From a virus, in the IMG/VR virus record IMGVR_UViG_3300017991_000003, positions 128,001 through 192,000 of that record: DNA of 64,000 nt, one strand, 5' to 3'. Below, one piece after another: positions 1-8,788 of the stretch. The notes under the pieces are model-generated. The model was not told where the DNA came from. It searched no databases and was given only the letters and a program-made list of their open reading frames with translations. A program made the position numbers and the translations under genes. Within the stretch, counting starts at the first letter, position 1; the number at the start of each line of letters is the position of its first letter.

Positions 1-118
1 GCATCTTGTAGAGCAGGGTGACAAGCTCGAGTTCCATCTCGAAGGCGAAGATCGCTGTGTTACTCATCGGGCATCTCCAGGCTCTGGAAGCAGTCTTCGG
101 TGCGTTTTCGGATAGTCA

Positions 119-355
119 TCAGGAGTCCTCGTCAAGCGGCCCAAGACCGAAGAAGTCGGGATCACAGGCGAGGGCTTCACAGGCCTCGTGTGCCGCTGCT
201 TCGGTCAGGATGCGGTGTTCCAGGACTTCCCAGGACAAGGCCCAGTCGCCCTGTTCGCTTTCGCGAACCATGTGCTCCAGGCTCGTGGCCTCCCACCTCA
301 TATCCCCTTCGGGAACGAGGAGGGTGACCGCGATCTGGATCTTCTGAAGGCCCAT
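119..355 (-). CDS. hypothetical protein (78 aa)
   Basis: Track ORF; its start overlaps the stop of the upstream leftward gene by 1 nt, consistent with translational coupling; no recognisable motif. Confidence 0.4.
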   Translation of the reverse strand: MGLQKIQIAVTLLVPEGDMRWEATSLEHMVRESEQGDWALSWEVLEHRILTEAAAHEACEALACDPDFFGLGPLDEDS

Positions 356-1530
356 TAGAAGGCGATCTTCTTGAGGACCTTGCCGCCGGCCGTCTCGAGG
401 GTGACCTTCTTGTCGCCGTGCGGGATGTCCCGCGCCAGCTCCGTCAGACCACCGACGAACGCCCAGGCCGTGAGGGGATCGCCGTAGCGGTCCTCACGCT
501 CAGCAGCACGATCGAGCCCGTCTCGGATCAGGCCGAGCGGGAGCCCGAGCTTCTTGTCCGAGAACAGGAAGTCCTCGGCCTCGTCACGATCGTCGCCCAG
601 CCTGAACCGGCGAGCCGCCTCGATGGCGTTCTCCTCCGTATCCGTTCGGCTGTTCATGTAGTTCGTGACCTTGCCGCGGGCCTCACCCCAGCGCGCTTTG
701 ACGCTGCCGACGTGACGCAGGCGGAACTCGAGGCTCTGCTGCACACCCCAGATGATGTGGTTGCCGCAGACGCCATCGAAGATGAACGCGAGGCCCACGA
801 GGGCACCGTCGCCCACCTCGGAGTTACGCCAGATCATGCCGCGCATGAACCTGTCCTCCTCCCCGAACGAGCGCTCGGGGTGGACCATCAGGAAGAAGCA
901 GTCGTGGTCCGACACGTAGACACCGGCGGGGGCGATCATGTCCCCCTCCTTCACCTGGATACCGCCCTTGTTGCCCTCGATCAGATCGTCGGCCGTAGCC
1001 GGGCGGGCACGCGGGTCGTCGGGGTTGGCCGGCCGTGCCGGCGGGACCTTCCAGCCCAAGTTGGTGAAGGGTAGCAGCCTGTCGGCCACCTCCCAGTTCC
1101 AGATGCGGGCGTACCGGTCAGACGTCCACGAACGCAGCGTCAGGACGTCCTCCCCGTCCTGGTGGAAGAGGAGCTGCTTGACGGGTTCGTCGTCGACGTC
1201 CTGGGCTTGGAGGTTGTAGTTGAGGTTCTGCGCGGCCATGGAAGTCGGCAGCCGGCGCATGTAGTCGGCAGGAACCCGCATGGATCGGCACAACTGCCCA
1301 AAGGCGTAGTGCGTCATCATCGCGGGCTGCCCGTTGGCGCCGACTAGGCGTAGGTCACGCTGGCCTTCGTCGCCCACCTCCCGCACACGCAGGACGCTGG
1401 GACGAGCAGCTGATTCGATAGCACGCTCGGCGTGCTCGTAGGCGGCGACGCGCGCTTCTTGAATGGTCCAGAAGCGCTCATCGTCAGGGCGGGTGAGCCA
1501 TTGGCTCGCCGCGGTCATGATCTCGGTCAT
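355..1530 (-). CDS. hypothetical conserved phage/plasmid-type protein (391 aa)
   Basis: Long ORF with GC3-rich codon usage, first gene of a leftward co-linear block; family assignment not possible by eye. Confidence 0.65.
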   Translation of the reverse strand: MTEIMTAASQWLTRPDDERFWTIQEARVAAYEHAERAIESAARPSVLRVREVGDEGQRDLRLVGANGQPAMMTHYAFGQLCRSMRVPADYMRRLPTSMAAQNLNYNLQAQDVDDEPVKQLLFHQDGEDVLTLRSWTSDRYARIWNWEVADRLLPFTNLGWKVPPARPANPDDPRARPATADDLIEGNKGGIQVKEGDMIAPAGVYVSDHDCFFLMVHPERSFGEEDRFMRGMIWRNSEVGDGALVGLAFIFDGVCGNHIIWGVQQSLEFRLRHVGSVKARWGEARGKVTNYMNSRTDTEENAIEAARRFRLGDDRDEAEDFLFSDKKLGLPLGLIRDGLDRAAEREDRYGDPLTAWAFVGGLTELARDIPHGDKKVTLETAGGKVLKKIAF

Positions 1531-1542
1531 ATTGTCCGTGGG

Positions 1543-2073
1543 TTAGATATCACAAGGACCCCAGTACAGCCGCTTGCGACGACGTGTTGAGAGGCCTGGG
1601 GGCGGTCGCAGTGTGGGGTCTTGCTGTAGCGCGTCGTACATTAGGTCTTGTACCTGCTCGCCTAGCTTGATTTCTGTGACCCCGTTCCTGGAGCAGAAGA
1701 AACCAGAAGCGCCCTGCTCGTAGGTTTTCAGGACTGCGGTGTAGCGCACCGCGATGAAGGTCACGACATCCGGAAGATCAAAAGTCTTCAGGAAGTCGTG
1801 GATGAGTTGAGCGGCAAACTGAGCTACGCCGTGTTGATCACCGTCGATACGTAGCCAGACATGTTGTGGGAGTGGCCTCTTGTCTTGATCGAGCATGGTA
1901 GGCTCAATAGTGATGATCAGGTCTTGCTGCGGCGTGCCCGCTCTTGGAGTCGCGCTGACGGAGTGCCTTTGATCTGTGCCGGGCCGCCATTGAGCGATCT
2001 GTTGCTGCCACCACTGAACGTGCGCTGGCGCTGGGGCGGGTACGGAGGTGCAGAGCTGTGTGTACCTATTCAT
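1543..2073 (-). CDS. hypothetical protein (176 aa)
   Basis: Track ORF in leftward block, tightly spaced with neighbours. Confidence 0.55.
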   Translation of the reverse strand: MNRYTQLCTSVPAPAPAHVQWWQQQIAQWRPGTDQRHSVSATPRAGTPQQDLIITIEPTMLDQDKRPLPQHVWLRIDGDQHGVAQFAAQLIHDFLKTFDLPDVVTFIAVRYTAVLKTYEQGASGFFCSRNGVTEIKLGEQVQDLMYDALQQDPTLRPPPGLSTRRRKRLYWGPCDI

Positions 2074-2518
2074 TGACCTGCTGCTGCTGTTGCCGGGCCT
2101 GCTCGCGTTGATTCAGGATGTACCGAACCCCGGCATCGCCTAGCTCGTGGATGCTCTTGAACTCGACCCCTTCTCTGCTGATGAGGGCGACGGACGCTAC
2201 CTGCTCATTGAGTGCCGGCTTAGAGCACCATCCCACGACGATCACGTACCTGACGTCGTTGCGGTTGAAGTACTCTAGAAACTCGCTGACCTTGTTGGCG
2301 GCGGGCTCTAGCTCCGAGCCCTGGTCGTCACAGTAGAACCACACCTGTTGCGTCTCGATCTCGAAGTCGAACCGCCACTCGTCATCGATGTCGTAGTCCA
2401 CCGCGTCGGCGTGCTCGGCGTGCTCAGCCTGCTGTGCCTTTACGTCGTACCACCAGTCGAGCTCCTCTTGATCGGTTACGGGGATCTCGAAGGAGAACTG
2501 GGAATAGTACTCAGCCAT
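2066..2518 (-). CDS. hypothetical acidic protein (150 aa)
   Basis: Track ORF; 8-nt overlap with downstream gene; acidic composition, Gln-rich C-terminus. Confidence 0.55.
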   Translation of the reverse strand: MAEYYSQFSFEIPVTDQEELDWWYDVKAQQAEHAEHADAVDYDIDDEWRFDFEIETQQVWFYCDDQGSELEPAANKVSEFLEYFNRNDVRYVIVVGWCSKPALNEQVASVALISREGVEFKSIHELGDAGVRYILNQREQARQQQQQVNE

Positions 2519-2795
2519 CAGCCGGCGCCTCCTCGGGCTTGTTCTTCTCGAGGAAGTCCTCGACGTACTCGTTGATGATGGTCATGGCCGACGCGGTGTC
2601 ACCGGTGTCCTTGATGAGATCGCTTGCCTTGAAGAGCACGTTGATCGGGCCCATGGCGTCGATCTTGTCGCGCGCCTCCATGAGCTCGCAGATCCAATCC
2701 ACGATCTGGTCGTGGCGTTGGCGGACGATGGTGGTGCACCCGAGGATCTCGGAGAGGCGCTTCTCGACTTCGGCTTTGTGCTTGCTGTTGGTCAT
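2511..2795 (-). CDS. hypothetical protein (94 aa)
   Basis: Track ORF; overlaps neighbours by a few nt. Confidence 0.5.
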   Translation of the reverse strand: MTNSKHKAEVEKRLSEILGCTTIVRQRHDQIVDWICELMEARDKIDAMGPINVLFKASDLIKDTGDTASAMTIINEYVEDFLEKNKPEEAPADG

Positions 2796-2797
2796 GA

Positions 2798-2959
2798 CTA
2801 ATCGGCCTCGGTGACGTCGACGGCCATGTGTACGGTGAGGGTGGAGGGGTCGTCTCCGCCGAGAATCTCTCGGATGGCCGCTTGCTGGTTCTCGGTCGGG
2901 ACGAGCGTGACAGCGTCGTCGGTGTTGTTGAGGATGACGATGGAGTAGATGATTTCCAT
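2798..2959 (-). CDS. hypothetical small protein (53 aa, MEIIYSIVILNN...)
   Basis: C-terminal in-frame portion of track ORF 2798..3430, whose upstream part is an Arg-rich read-through across the better gene 2962..3492; ATG fits the gap between neighbours. Confidence 0.3.
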   Translation of the reverse strand: MEIIYSIVILNNTDDAVTLVPTENQQAAIREILGGDDPSTLTVHMAVDVTEAD

Positions 2960-2961
2960 GA

Positions 2962-3492
2962 CTACATCTGGATCTTGACGGCGGCGATGAGCCCGGTGAG
3001 GACCGGGTCGCCCAGCTGGGCGGCGTACGTCTCGAGAGCCTCGAGGAGGGACGGCAGCGCGTCCGCGCTCTGGCCGTTGGTAGCGGGAGCGGCCTTGGCC
3101 GGCTTGTCGAAGTCGAGCTGCCCCTGCTTGGCGCCGGCGTAGCGCAGCGGGTCCGCGATGCGGCCGGCGTCCTCGGGCGAGTTGCCCTCGGCCAGGGCCC
3201 GCAAGTACGGCCACGCGAGCCTGTTGCGGTTGCGGTTGCGGTCGATCAGCGTCTGGCCAAGCTCGGTCAGCTTGACGTTGTGGAAGCGCGAGTACTCGAT
3301 TGCCCCCGTCTTGCGGATCTGATCCCGACGCGAGCCGGCGCTGCTCAGTCGGCGGAGCGGGTCGTCGGGGATGGAGAACTGCATGGCGTGGTTGTCCGGC
3401 CAGCTTCCGGTCATCTCCTTGTGGTGCCACATGAAGAGCAGGGCGGTCAGCAGGTTCTGGGTCACGGGCTTGGGCTTGTCTTGAGTGGTCAT
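2962..3492 (-). CDS. hypothetical protein (176 aa)
   Basis: Track ORF with balanced composition; preferred over the overlapping Arg-rich frame 2798..3430. Confidence 0.55.
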   Translation of the reverse strand: MTTQDKPKPVTQNLLTALLFMWHHKEMTGSWPDNHAMQFSIPDDPLRRLSSAGSRRDQIRKTGAIEYSRFHNVKLTELGQTLIDRNRNRNRLAWPYLRALAEGNSPEDAGRIADPLRYAGAKQGQLDFDKPAKAAPATNGQSADALPSLLEALETYAAQLGDPVLTGLIAAVKIQM

Positions 3493-3827
3493 AGGTGGTC
3501 GGGGTTCGGGACGGTGTTGGTGAGGAGGATGTGCATCCAGGTACGTAGGGACTGCCAGCAGGGGTCGATGTGCTTCCCTTGCTGTCTATCCCACGTCGCC
3601 AGGGCGTGGAGCGTGTTCATCAGATTCATGGGAGGGCCCGGCAGGTACTCATCATCTTCGAGATGCTTGGGGCGCGCCCCCTCGACTAGGGCGTCGTAGC
3701 CCTTCTCGGTCACGAAGGTGATTTCTTGGAGGGCTACTCCCTCCCAGGTCTCGCCTCCGAAGTCGACCTGGACCGGGATGATCGGCGTACCCGGCTCGAG
3801 GTTTTGAAAGGTGAGGCTCATACCCAC
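3489..3827 (-). CDS. hypothetical protein (112 aa)
   Basis: Track ORF; 4-nt overlap with upstream gene. Confidence 0.5.
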   Translation of the reverse strand: MGMSLTFQNLEPGTPIIPVQVDFGGETWEGVALQEITFVTEKGYDALVEGARPKHLEDDEYLPGPPMNLMNTLHALATWDRQQGKHIDPCWQSLRTWMHILLTNTVPNPDHL

Positions 3828-4357
3828 TTCTCCTCGATGAGCTTACGGAGGGCCTTCAGGCACATCCGCTGCCGACCGGCGGTCATACGCATCTTCGTGA
3901 ATCGGTGACTATCGATCAACCGATCAACAAGGATCAGGGCGAGGCCCTTGTTCTCGTCGCCCGCTTGAACAGGGATCGACATCTTCTTGGGCTTCTGCGC
4001 CTTCTTACGCCCTTTCTTGAGGGCCTTCACCGCAGCGGGCTCCGAGGCGTAGCGCATGGCGTGCTTGATGACCGGCCACTCGTCCGGGTGAGCTCCGACT
4101 TGCTGAGCCAGGCGTTTACCAAGCTCGGTCAGCTCGCCACGGTCCCGGCCCACCGTACGCATCAGGCCCATGTTCTTGAGCTCGGCCTTGTAGGTTCCGA
4201 CGGTCGACGCCTTGAGCAGCGTCTTACCAGTCCCGCGTGGGAACCGGCGTGTGATCTGAACGCAAGGCCATCGCTTGACCTGCTGCTGGTAGTGGTAGTA
4301 GAAGGCTAGCAGGTCCTGCTGCCGCTTGCTCAGCTCTCGGATTGTTTCGACAAGCAT
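3818..4357 (-). CDS. hypothetical basic protein, possible DNA-binding (179 aa)
   Basis: Track ORF; Lys/Arg-rich segments (KKGRKKAQKPKK); first gene after the promoter-like motif near 4391-4400. Confidence 0.55.
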   Translation of the reverse strand: MLVETIRELSKRQQDLLAFYYHYQQQVKRWPCVQITRRFPRGTGKTLLKASTVGTYKAELKNMGLMRTVGRDRGELTELGKRLAQQVGAHPDEWPVIKHAMRYASEPAAVKALKKGRKKAQKPKKMSIPVQAGDENKGLALILVDRLIDSHRFTKMRMTAGRQRMCLKALRKLIEEKWV

Positions 4358-4390
4358 GGGTAGGTGGTGGGGTAGAGGTGATCGACATGA

Positions 4391-4400
4391 GACTTATGCC
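4391..4400 (-). promoter_or_regulatory. GKCATRAGTC motif copy 1 (GGCATAAGTC on minus strand), ~33 nt upstream of start of 3818..4357
   Basis: Same decamer seen upstream of three other leftward gene starts at similar distance. Confidence 0.4.
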
Positions 4401-4411
4401 ACAGTCCCTGG

Positions 4412-4448
4412 TCTAAAAAGAGAGCCCAACCCGAGGGGGTTGAGCTCT
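4412..4448 (-). terminator. putative intrinsic terminator (leftward)
   Basis: Imperfect ~12-bp stem (AGAGCCCAACCC / GGGTTGAGCTCT) followed on the minus strand by a T-run (CTCTTTTTAG); lies between the tRNA unit and the next leftward promoter motif. Confidence 0.4.
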
Positions 4449-5003
4449 CTGGAAGTGCCCGGGCCCGCCCCTTTCATCGCAGTCCAACGAGTGGGACAAG
4501 GGGGATGCCGTAAGGGCCCGGGCTTGTAGGTGCGGAGCCGTGCCAGGATCACGGCCCCGCGGTGCTGTGGAAGTAGCTTGGCCCCCCAAGGAGGTGGGAT
4601 GAGCCGCCGTAGCTACGATGAGGCTCGCAGTCGGGCATGGTGCTACCCGGCCAACAGCGTGGCGATACGCCGAGACCCGGATCGCCGCCGGATAAGGTGG
4701 CCCCCGTCGTGACGTGCTCAGCTCACGCTCGAGGGGTTGGAAGACCTGCCATCTAGGATCAGTGGGATCCCCATCCCTTTGCACTCCTCGGAGAGTGTGC
4801 CGCTCCTGCGGCTGATGTGATGGCAGGTGGAAGACACCCACAGGTAGCAAGAACCGGCCTGGATGACCTCTTCGTTGCCCTAGGACCGGGGTCAGAGCCT
4901 TCCGGGCGCGCCTGTGGGTGATTGGGAAAGCCGAGCACGTCATCAACGCCGCTTGTGCGTCTGCTTGGTTGGTGGAGACGTGTGACGCTGCTCGGCTTTT
5001 GTA

Positions 5004-5090
5004 TGGTGCAGGAAGGGGGACTCGAACCCCCACGCCCGGGTGGGCACGTGGACCTAAACCACGGGCGTCTACCGATTCCGCCACTCCTGC
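5004..5090 (-). tRNA. tRNA-Leu (anticodon TAG)
   Basis: Minus-strand sequence folds as a cloverleaf: 7-bp acceptor stem GCAGGAG/CTTCCTGC, anticodon stem CGTGG/CCACG with loop TTTAGGT (anticodon TAG), long variable arm, T-arm GGTTCGAGTCC, encoded CCA. Confidence 0.8.
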
Positions 5091-5164
5091 ATGTAAAGGC
5101 ATCGATGACCCGTGGGAGAGTTTCCCCACTCTGTGTTGAGCCCACAGATCATCGATGTGATTGA

Positions 5165-5250
5165 TGGTGCGGGAGGAGGGACTCGAACCCTCACGCCCGA
5201 AGGCAGTGGATTTTGAATCCACCGTGTCTACCGATTCCAACCACCCCCGC
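5165..5250 (-). tRNA. tRNA-Leu (anticodon CAA)
   Basis: Minus-strand cloverleaf: acceptor GCGGGGG, anticodon stem GTGGA/TCCAC with loop TTCAAAA (anticodon CAA), long variable arm, T-arm GGGTTCGAGTCCC, encoded CCA. Confidence 0.8.
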
Positions 5251-5432
5251 AGAGGGAGTGCCCCGCCGGCCGGAGCCGACGGGGCGAGTGCCTGTCTTTC
5301 CAGACTGTCCGCCCCGTTCGTATCATGCGCTAGGGGCTCTCGACAGTTCACTACGCCGCCATGCGGACGTCGGTGTTGGCATTTGAAAGCCAGAAGGTAC
5401 AGACGCCACCGGGCAACTATTCTCTGCTCGTA

Positions 5433-5461
5433 ACTATACCCGCGAGCACGTCGGGTTGAAA
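5433..5461 (-). promoter_or_regulatory. candidate sigma70-like promoter for the tRNA unit (-35 TTTCAA, 17-nt spacer, -10 TATAGT on minus strand)
   Basis: Hexamers with canonical spacing read directly from the minus strand; about 180 nt upstream of the tRNA-Leu(CAA) 5' end. Confidence 0.25.
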
Positions 5462-5504
5462 GGTGGGCTGCCGAGGACGCGCCTCGACAGCCCGTGGGGG
5501 ATCA

Positions 5505-6125
5505 TCAGAAGTCGGGACGCAGCGTGTCTGCCGCGATCAACGTCAACTCCGGAGCGGACGGAGCTCCGGTCACGACAGCCTGGGGATCCATCTGCGCCAC
5601 GGAGTGCAGCTCGTGCGTCTCCATGAGTCTAAGTAGCGCAAAGAATCCGTAGGCGCGCAGCTCGTCCTCTTCTGAGTCGGAGCGCGGCGCGTGCCTGATG
5701 AGGGCCCCCGGGACGAGGTCTGCGTCGGACAGCACCACCCAGTGATCTGTCCAGACAATCGGCTCCAGTTGAGGAACCAGCTGCGAAGCCACCAGGTCGG
5801 CTAGCCCTTCACTCAGCGGGAAGGGACGCTGAGGAGCGCACAGGTGCGTAAGCTCATGTGCGATCACGAAGCGCTGCCGGTACGGCGGCTGATCAAGCCA
5901 GTTCGGATGGAGCACGAGGTAGACCTCGTCCGCGGCATGGGCCACCAGAGCAAGCCTGTCGATCTCACTCGACACGCACACCTGGGGGACCACACCTCGG
6001 TCATGCCCGATCATCTGCACCACCTGTGGACGCAGTTCATCGAGCAGACCCTCAGCACGCTCGACGGCTGGGTGAGCGCTGGCGCAGGCAGCCAGCGGCA
6101 GGCAGGAGATGATCAAGGACTTCAC
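5505..6125 (-). CDS. putative secreted Zn-metallopeptidase (HExxH motif), GTG start
   Basis: Contains VIAHELTHL (HExxH); N-terminus from the GTG start (VKSLIISCLPLAACASA) looks like a signal peptide; GTG overlaps the stop of the upstream lipoprotein gene; the longer track ORF 5505..6275 has an Arg-rich N-terminal extension judged spurious. Confidence 0.5.
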   Translation of the reverse strand: MKSLIISCLPLAACASAHPAVERAEGLLDELRPQVVQMIGHDRGVVPQVCVSSEIDRLALVAHAADEVYLVLHPNWLDQPPYRQRFVIAHELTHLCAPQRPFPLSEGLADLVASQLVPQLEPIVWTDHWVVLSDADLVPGALIRHAPRSDSEEDELRAYGFFALLRLMETHELHSVAQMDPQAVVTGAPSAPELTLIAADTLRPDF

Positions 6126-7024
6126 GGGATCGGAACCCCCTGCTTCTCGATGGTCAGCGGGGTCACGAACCGCTCGCCCTGCGCGTACTGCATCAGGTCG
6201 AAGCGGATGCTCTCGAGCAGTCCCTCGCTGCCGAGGGGTAGGAGGCCGGCGTCGATGACGACCTCGCTGCCCCACAGCGCGGAGCCGGCCCGGGTCTTGG
6301 ACCAGGCCAGGGCGTGCTGGCTGCCGTCTTGGTAGCCGAGGCTACCGCTGGCGACCATGTCGGAGCTGTCGTTCAGCGCCCGGATCAGGAGCTTGCCCTG
6401 CCCGTGGTCGACGTAGGCGGTGACGGTGTAGGCCCAGAGAACGTCGTCGATCAGCTGGTTGATGGCCCAGTCCTCGCCGCCTGTGAGGTACCAGGCCTGC
6501 ACGATGGCGTGGGCCTCGACCTCGCTGGCGGCGGTCACCAGGAACTCACCGTAGGCGTCCATGTCGTCCTGGTGGTCGTAGGCGTCCACGGACGTCAAGG
6601 AGACCAGGAACTGCTGGAGCTCGTGGGGCTTGCTGAGATCGATGATCACCTGGTTGCCGCCGAGGGGACCGGACGTGGGTCGGCCGACGAGCTCGAGCTG
6701 CTGGGTCGCGTCGGCCAAGGTGCCTGAGAAGGTGGTGACCACGGAGCCCTCCGGAAGGAGGACCGCCGTACCGGGGGCGTACACCCCGGCGTAGCGGGCG
6801 CCGGACTTGGTGATGACCTCGACCCGGAGGTTGGTCGGGATGTCGGCCGGCACGTCACCTTGGAGGGTGCCGTCACCCTTCTTCTCCAGGCTGGCTTCCC
6901 AGCCCGAGAGCTGGACGGTGATGCCGTCACCCTCTTCGAGGTCGAGGACTTCCTCAGTCGCCGTACAGGCGACGAAGCTGAACATCAGCAGGATGAGGAG
7001 GATGAACGTGTGTTGGATGCGCAT
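6122..7024 (-). CDS. putative secreted lipoprotein (300 aa)
   Basis: Start chosen at internal ATG giving MRIQHTFILLILLMFSFVAC (hydrophobic signal with lipobox-like Cys); the track ORF extends to 7129. Confidence 0.55.
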   Translation of the reverse strand: MRIQHTFILLILLMFSFVACTATEEVLDLEEGDGITVQLSGWEASLEKKGDGTLQGDVPADIPTNLRVEVITKSGARYAGVYAPGTAVLLPEGSVVTTFSGTLADATQQLELVGRPTSGPLGGNQVIIDLSKPHELQQFLVSLTSVDAYDHQDDMDAYGEFLVTAASEVEAHAIVQAWYLTGGEDWAINQLIDDVLWAYTVTAYVDHGQGKLLIRALNDSSDMVASGSLGYQDGSQHALAWSKTRAGSALWGSEVVIDAGLLPLGSEGLLESIRFDLMQYAQGERFVTPLTIEKQGVPIP

Positions 7025-7109
7025 GGCGTCTCCTGTTGGGTTGGGTGGGAACAGTGGAGGCTCGAAGCCTCGGGGTATCAGTAGACTCGTGACACAAACC
7101 CGATAAGGT

Positions 7110-7541
7110 TTACAGCGAATCCAGGGCATCTAGGGCGTCTGTGAGGCCCTCAGCAGCCTCTTGAGCAGCGTCCGCCTTGGCGCTCTTCTTCCGCTTCTTC
7201 CCCTTCTTCTTGTGATGCAGGGCGGCCAGGCGAGCCCCCTGCTCCCGCTGAGCGTCCGTCACGGACTCCTCGCATAGGGTCTTGTACTCCGCCTCGGTGG
7301 GGATGACGCCCTCGGGTCGCGTCTTGGTGTCCGCGTAGGGGCGGTGGGCCCAGAAGAAGCAGACGTGGTCCGGGCAGTTCTTGATGGCGTCCCGGTAGCC
7401 CTCGTTGCCGACACAGGCTCGGCAGTTGAGGTCGACAGCGGATCGGAGGCTGCTACCGTGATCAGCTTTGACGGCGACGGTGGGGCGGGCGAGGCGGACG
7501 TCGTTCTCGACGCAATCGATGATGTCAGGCTTGGTGGTCAT
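7110..7541 (-). CDS. hypothetical Cys-containing protein with Lys-rich C-terminal region
   Basis: Track ORF 7110..7550; ATG at 7541 preferred (MTTKPDIID); conserved ~25-nt element abuts the start. Confidence 0.5.
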   Translation of the reverse strand: MTTKPDIIDCVENDVRLARPTVAVKADHGSSLRSAVDLNCRACVGNEGYRDAIKNCPDHVCFFWAHRPYADTKTRPEGVIPTEAEYKTLCEESVTDAQREQGARLAALHHKKKGKKRKKSAKADAAQEAAEGLTDALDALDSL

Positions 7542-7567
7542 GTGTGGCACTGGCTAGGAGTGTCAGG
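7542..7567 (-). repeat. copy (a) of conserved element CTGACACT-N5-CCAGTGCCA (minus orientation)
   Basis: Minus strand reads CTGACACTCCTAGCCAGTGCCACAC immediately 5' of the ATG of 7110..7541; matches copies near 15076, 39081, 45321, 63303. Confidence 0.6.
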
Positions 7568-7589
7568 GTGGGAAAACTGTCTCCATATC

Positions 7590-7618
7590 TTGACAGAGGG
7601 GCGCCGGCTAGGCACGAT
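7590..7618 (+). promoter_or_regulatory. candidate sigma70-like promoter (-35 TTGACA, 17-nt spacer, -10 CACGAT) for the rightward operon; predicts near-leaderless mRNA
   Basis: Perfect TTGACA hexamer 17 nt before a weak -10 that ends ~7 nt before the ATG at 7626. Confidence 0.3.
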
Positions 7619-7625
7619 CCCTGGC

Positions 7626-8141
7626 ATGGAAACGACAACGACAGAGGCCCGCCCTGAGCTACAGCTTCGGCCGTTGGCCGGGCGGGTGATGATTCGAGTG
7701 GACGAGGCCCCCACGATGAGCGCAGGTACGCGAGGCCGTCAGGTCTATCTACCCGAGAGCGTCCAGAAGGAGGAGAAGGCGAACTACCGGTTCGGTACGG
7801 TCGTGGCCCTAGGGGACCCCGCGCTGCATCCGAAGACCGGCAGGCCGATCCCGTGGGCTGTGCATGTAGGCACCAAGGTCTGCTTCCAGTTCGGGGCTGA
7901 CCTTACAGGTGAGCGAGAGCTCCAGTACACAGGAGGCGTGGCCCATGCGGTGTGCTTTGCTGAGGATCTGATTTACGCCATCGAGGATGATTATGAGATT
8001 CAGCCGACTCCCGTATGCCCCAACAGCGTAGGGGTTGCGCTACGCCGCGCTCTGATGAACGACGACTGGCTGACCGAGGAGCAGGTTGACACCCTGAGCC
8101 GGCGGCTCGCGTGCACGATTGCCGGGGTTGTGCCCGCGTGA
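7626..8141 (+). CDS. GroES/Cpn10-like co-chaperonin with C-terminal extension (171 aa)
   Basis: Internal ATG of track ORF 7344..8141; sequence LRPLAGRVMIRVDEAP...SAGT...GTVVALGDPAL...VHVGTKVCFQFGA...EDLIYAIED parallels the GroES pattern (RPLxDRVxV...SAGG...GxVVAVGxG...VKVGDxVxF...SDILAIxE). Confidence 0.6.
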   Translation: METTTTEARPELQLRPLAGRVMIRVDEAPTMSAGTRGRQVYLPESVQKEEKANYRFGTVVALGDPALHPKTGRPIPWAVHVGTKVCFQFGADLTGERELQYTGGVAHAVCFAEDLIYAIEDDYEIQPTPVCPNSVGVALRRALMNDDWLTEEQVDTLSRRLACTIAGVVPA

Positions 8142-8776
8142 GAATCGGCCGCACTTCCGATCTAGCGCCCTGGCCGCTCTTCATCGGCTTCTACACCCCG
8201 GAGTACGAGGAAGAGGCCGGGGAGCTTCGTAAGACCCTGGACGCGTTCGGGCTGCCACACGAGATCGAACCCGTCGAGTCCACGGGTAGCTGGTGGCTCA
8301 ACACGCAGATCAAGGCTCAGATCATTTTGCTCAAGCTACGGGATCACCTGGGTCGACCGCTGGTCTACCTGGACTGCGATGCCCGAGTCAGGCAGGCTCC
8401 TACCTTGTTCCGCTCCCTGCATCACCAGTGCGACTTCGCGGCTCACTTCCGACCGGATCGACGATTCGAATGCGGTCGAGAGCTTTTGAGCGGGACGCTG
8501 TACTTCAGCGGCTCGCCGGCTTGCCAGGGCCTGGTACAGGCTTGGATCGATGAGAATGAGCGCCAGGCTGCGATCAAGAGTAGCAACAAGCTCCGCCTCA
8601 TGGATCAGAGAACCTTGCAGACGGTCCTGGCTAAGGAGATCGAGGAGTACGGTCTTATGTTCACCGAGCTCCCTGCTACCTACGTTCAGATCTTCGACAT
8701 CATGCGCGACGCCGGCGACCCGGTGATCGAGCATCTCCAGGCCAGCCGCCGATTGAGGAACAAGGTTGGTCACTAG
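8111..8776 (+). CDS. putative nucleotide-sugar glycosyltransferase (GT-A fold, GT8-like)
   Basis: LVYLDCD (DxD-like) and MDQRTLQTVL (DQxxLN-like) motifs; alternative GTG start at 8138 would overlap the upstream stop by 4 nt. Confidence 0.5.
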   Translation: MHDCRGCARVRIGRTSDLAPWPLFIGFYTPEYEEEAGELRKTLDAFGLPHEIEPVESTGSWWLNTQIKAQIILLKLRDHLGRPLVYLDCDARVRQAPTLFRSLHHQCDFAAHFRPDRRFECGRELLSGTLYFSGSPACQGLVQAWIDENERQAAIKSSNKLRLMDQRTLQTVLAKEIEEYGLMFTELPATYVQIFDIMRDAGDPVIEHLQASRRLRNKVGH

Positions 8777-8788
8777 ACTCATGACTCA

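Noticed and set aside
2798-3430. 210-aa Arg-rich ORF overlapping 2962..3492 in another frame
   Set aside because: Composition (runs of R, P, G, A) is atypical of proteins here; only its C-terminal 53 codons, which do not overlap the neighbour, were kept as a low-confidence small gene.
5004-5250. tRNA genes as a prophage attachment site or integration boundary
   Set aside because: No integrase or recombinase gene and no direct repeat of a tRNA 3' end was seen; phage-like genes continue on both sides, so the tRNAs appear to be internal cargo.
4413-5351. 312-aa minus-strand ORF spanning the tRNA region
   Set aside because: It covers both tRNA-Leu genes and their spacers, has Arg/Pro/Gly-rich low-complexity composition, and is typical of spurious open frames in high-GC DNA.
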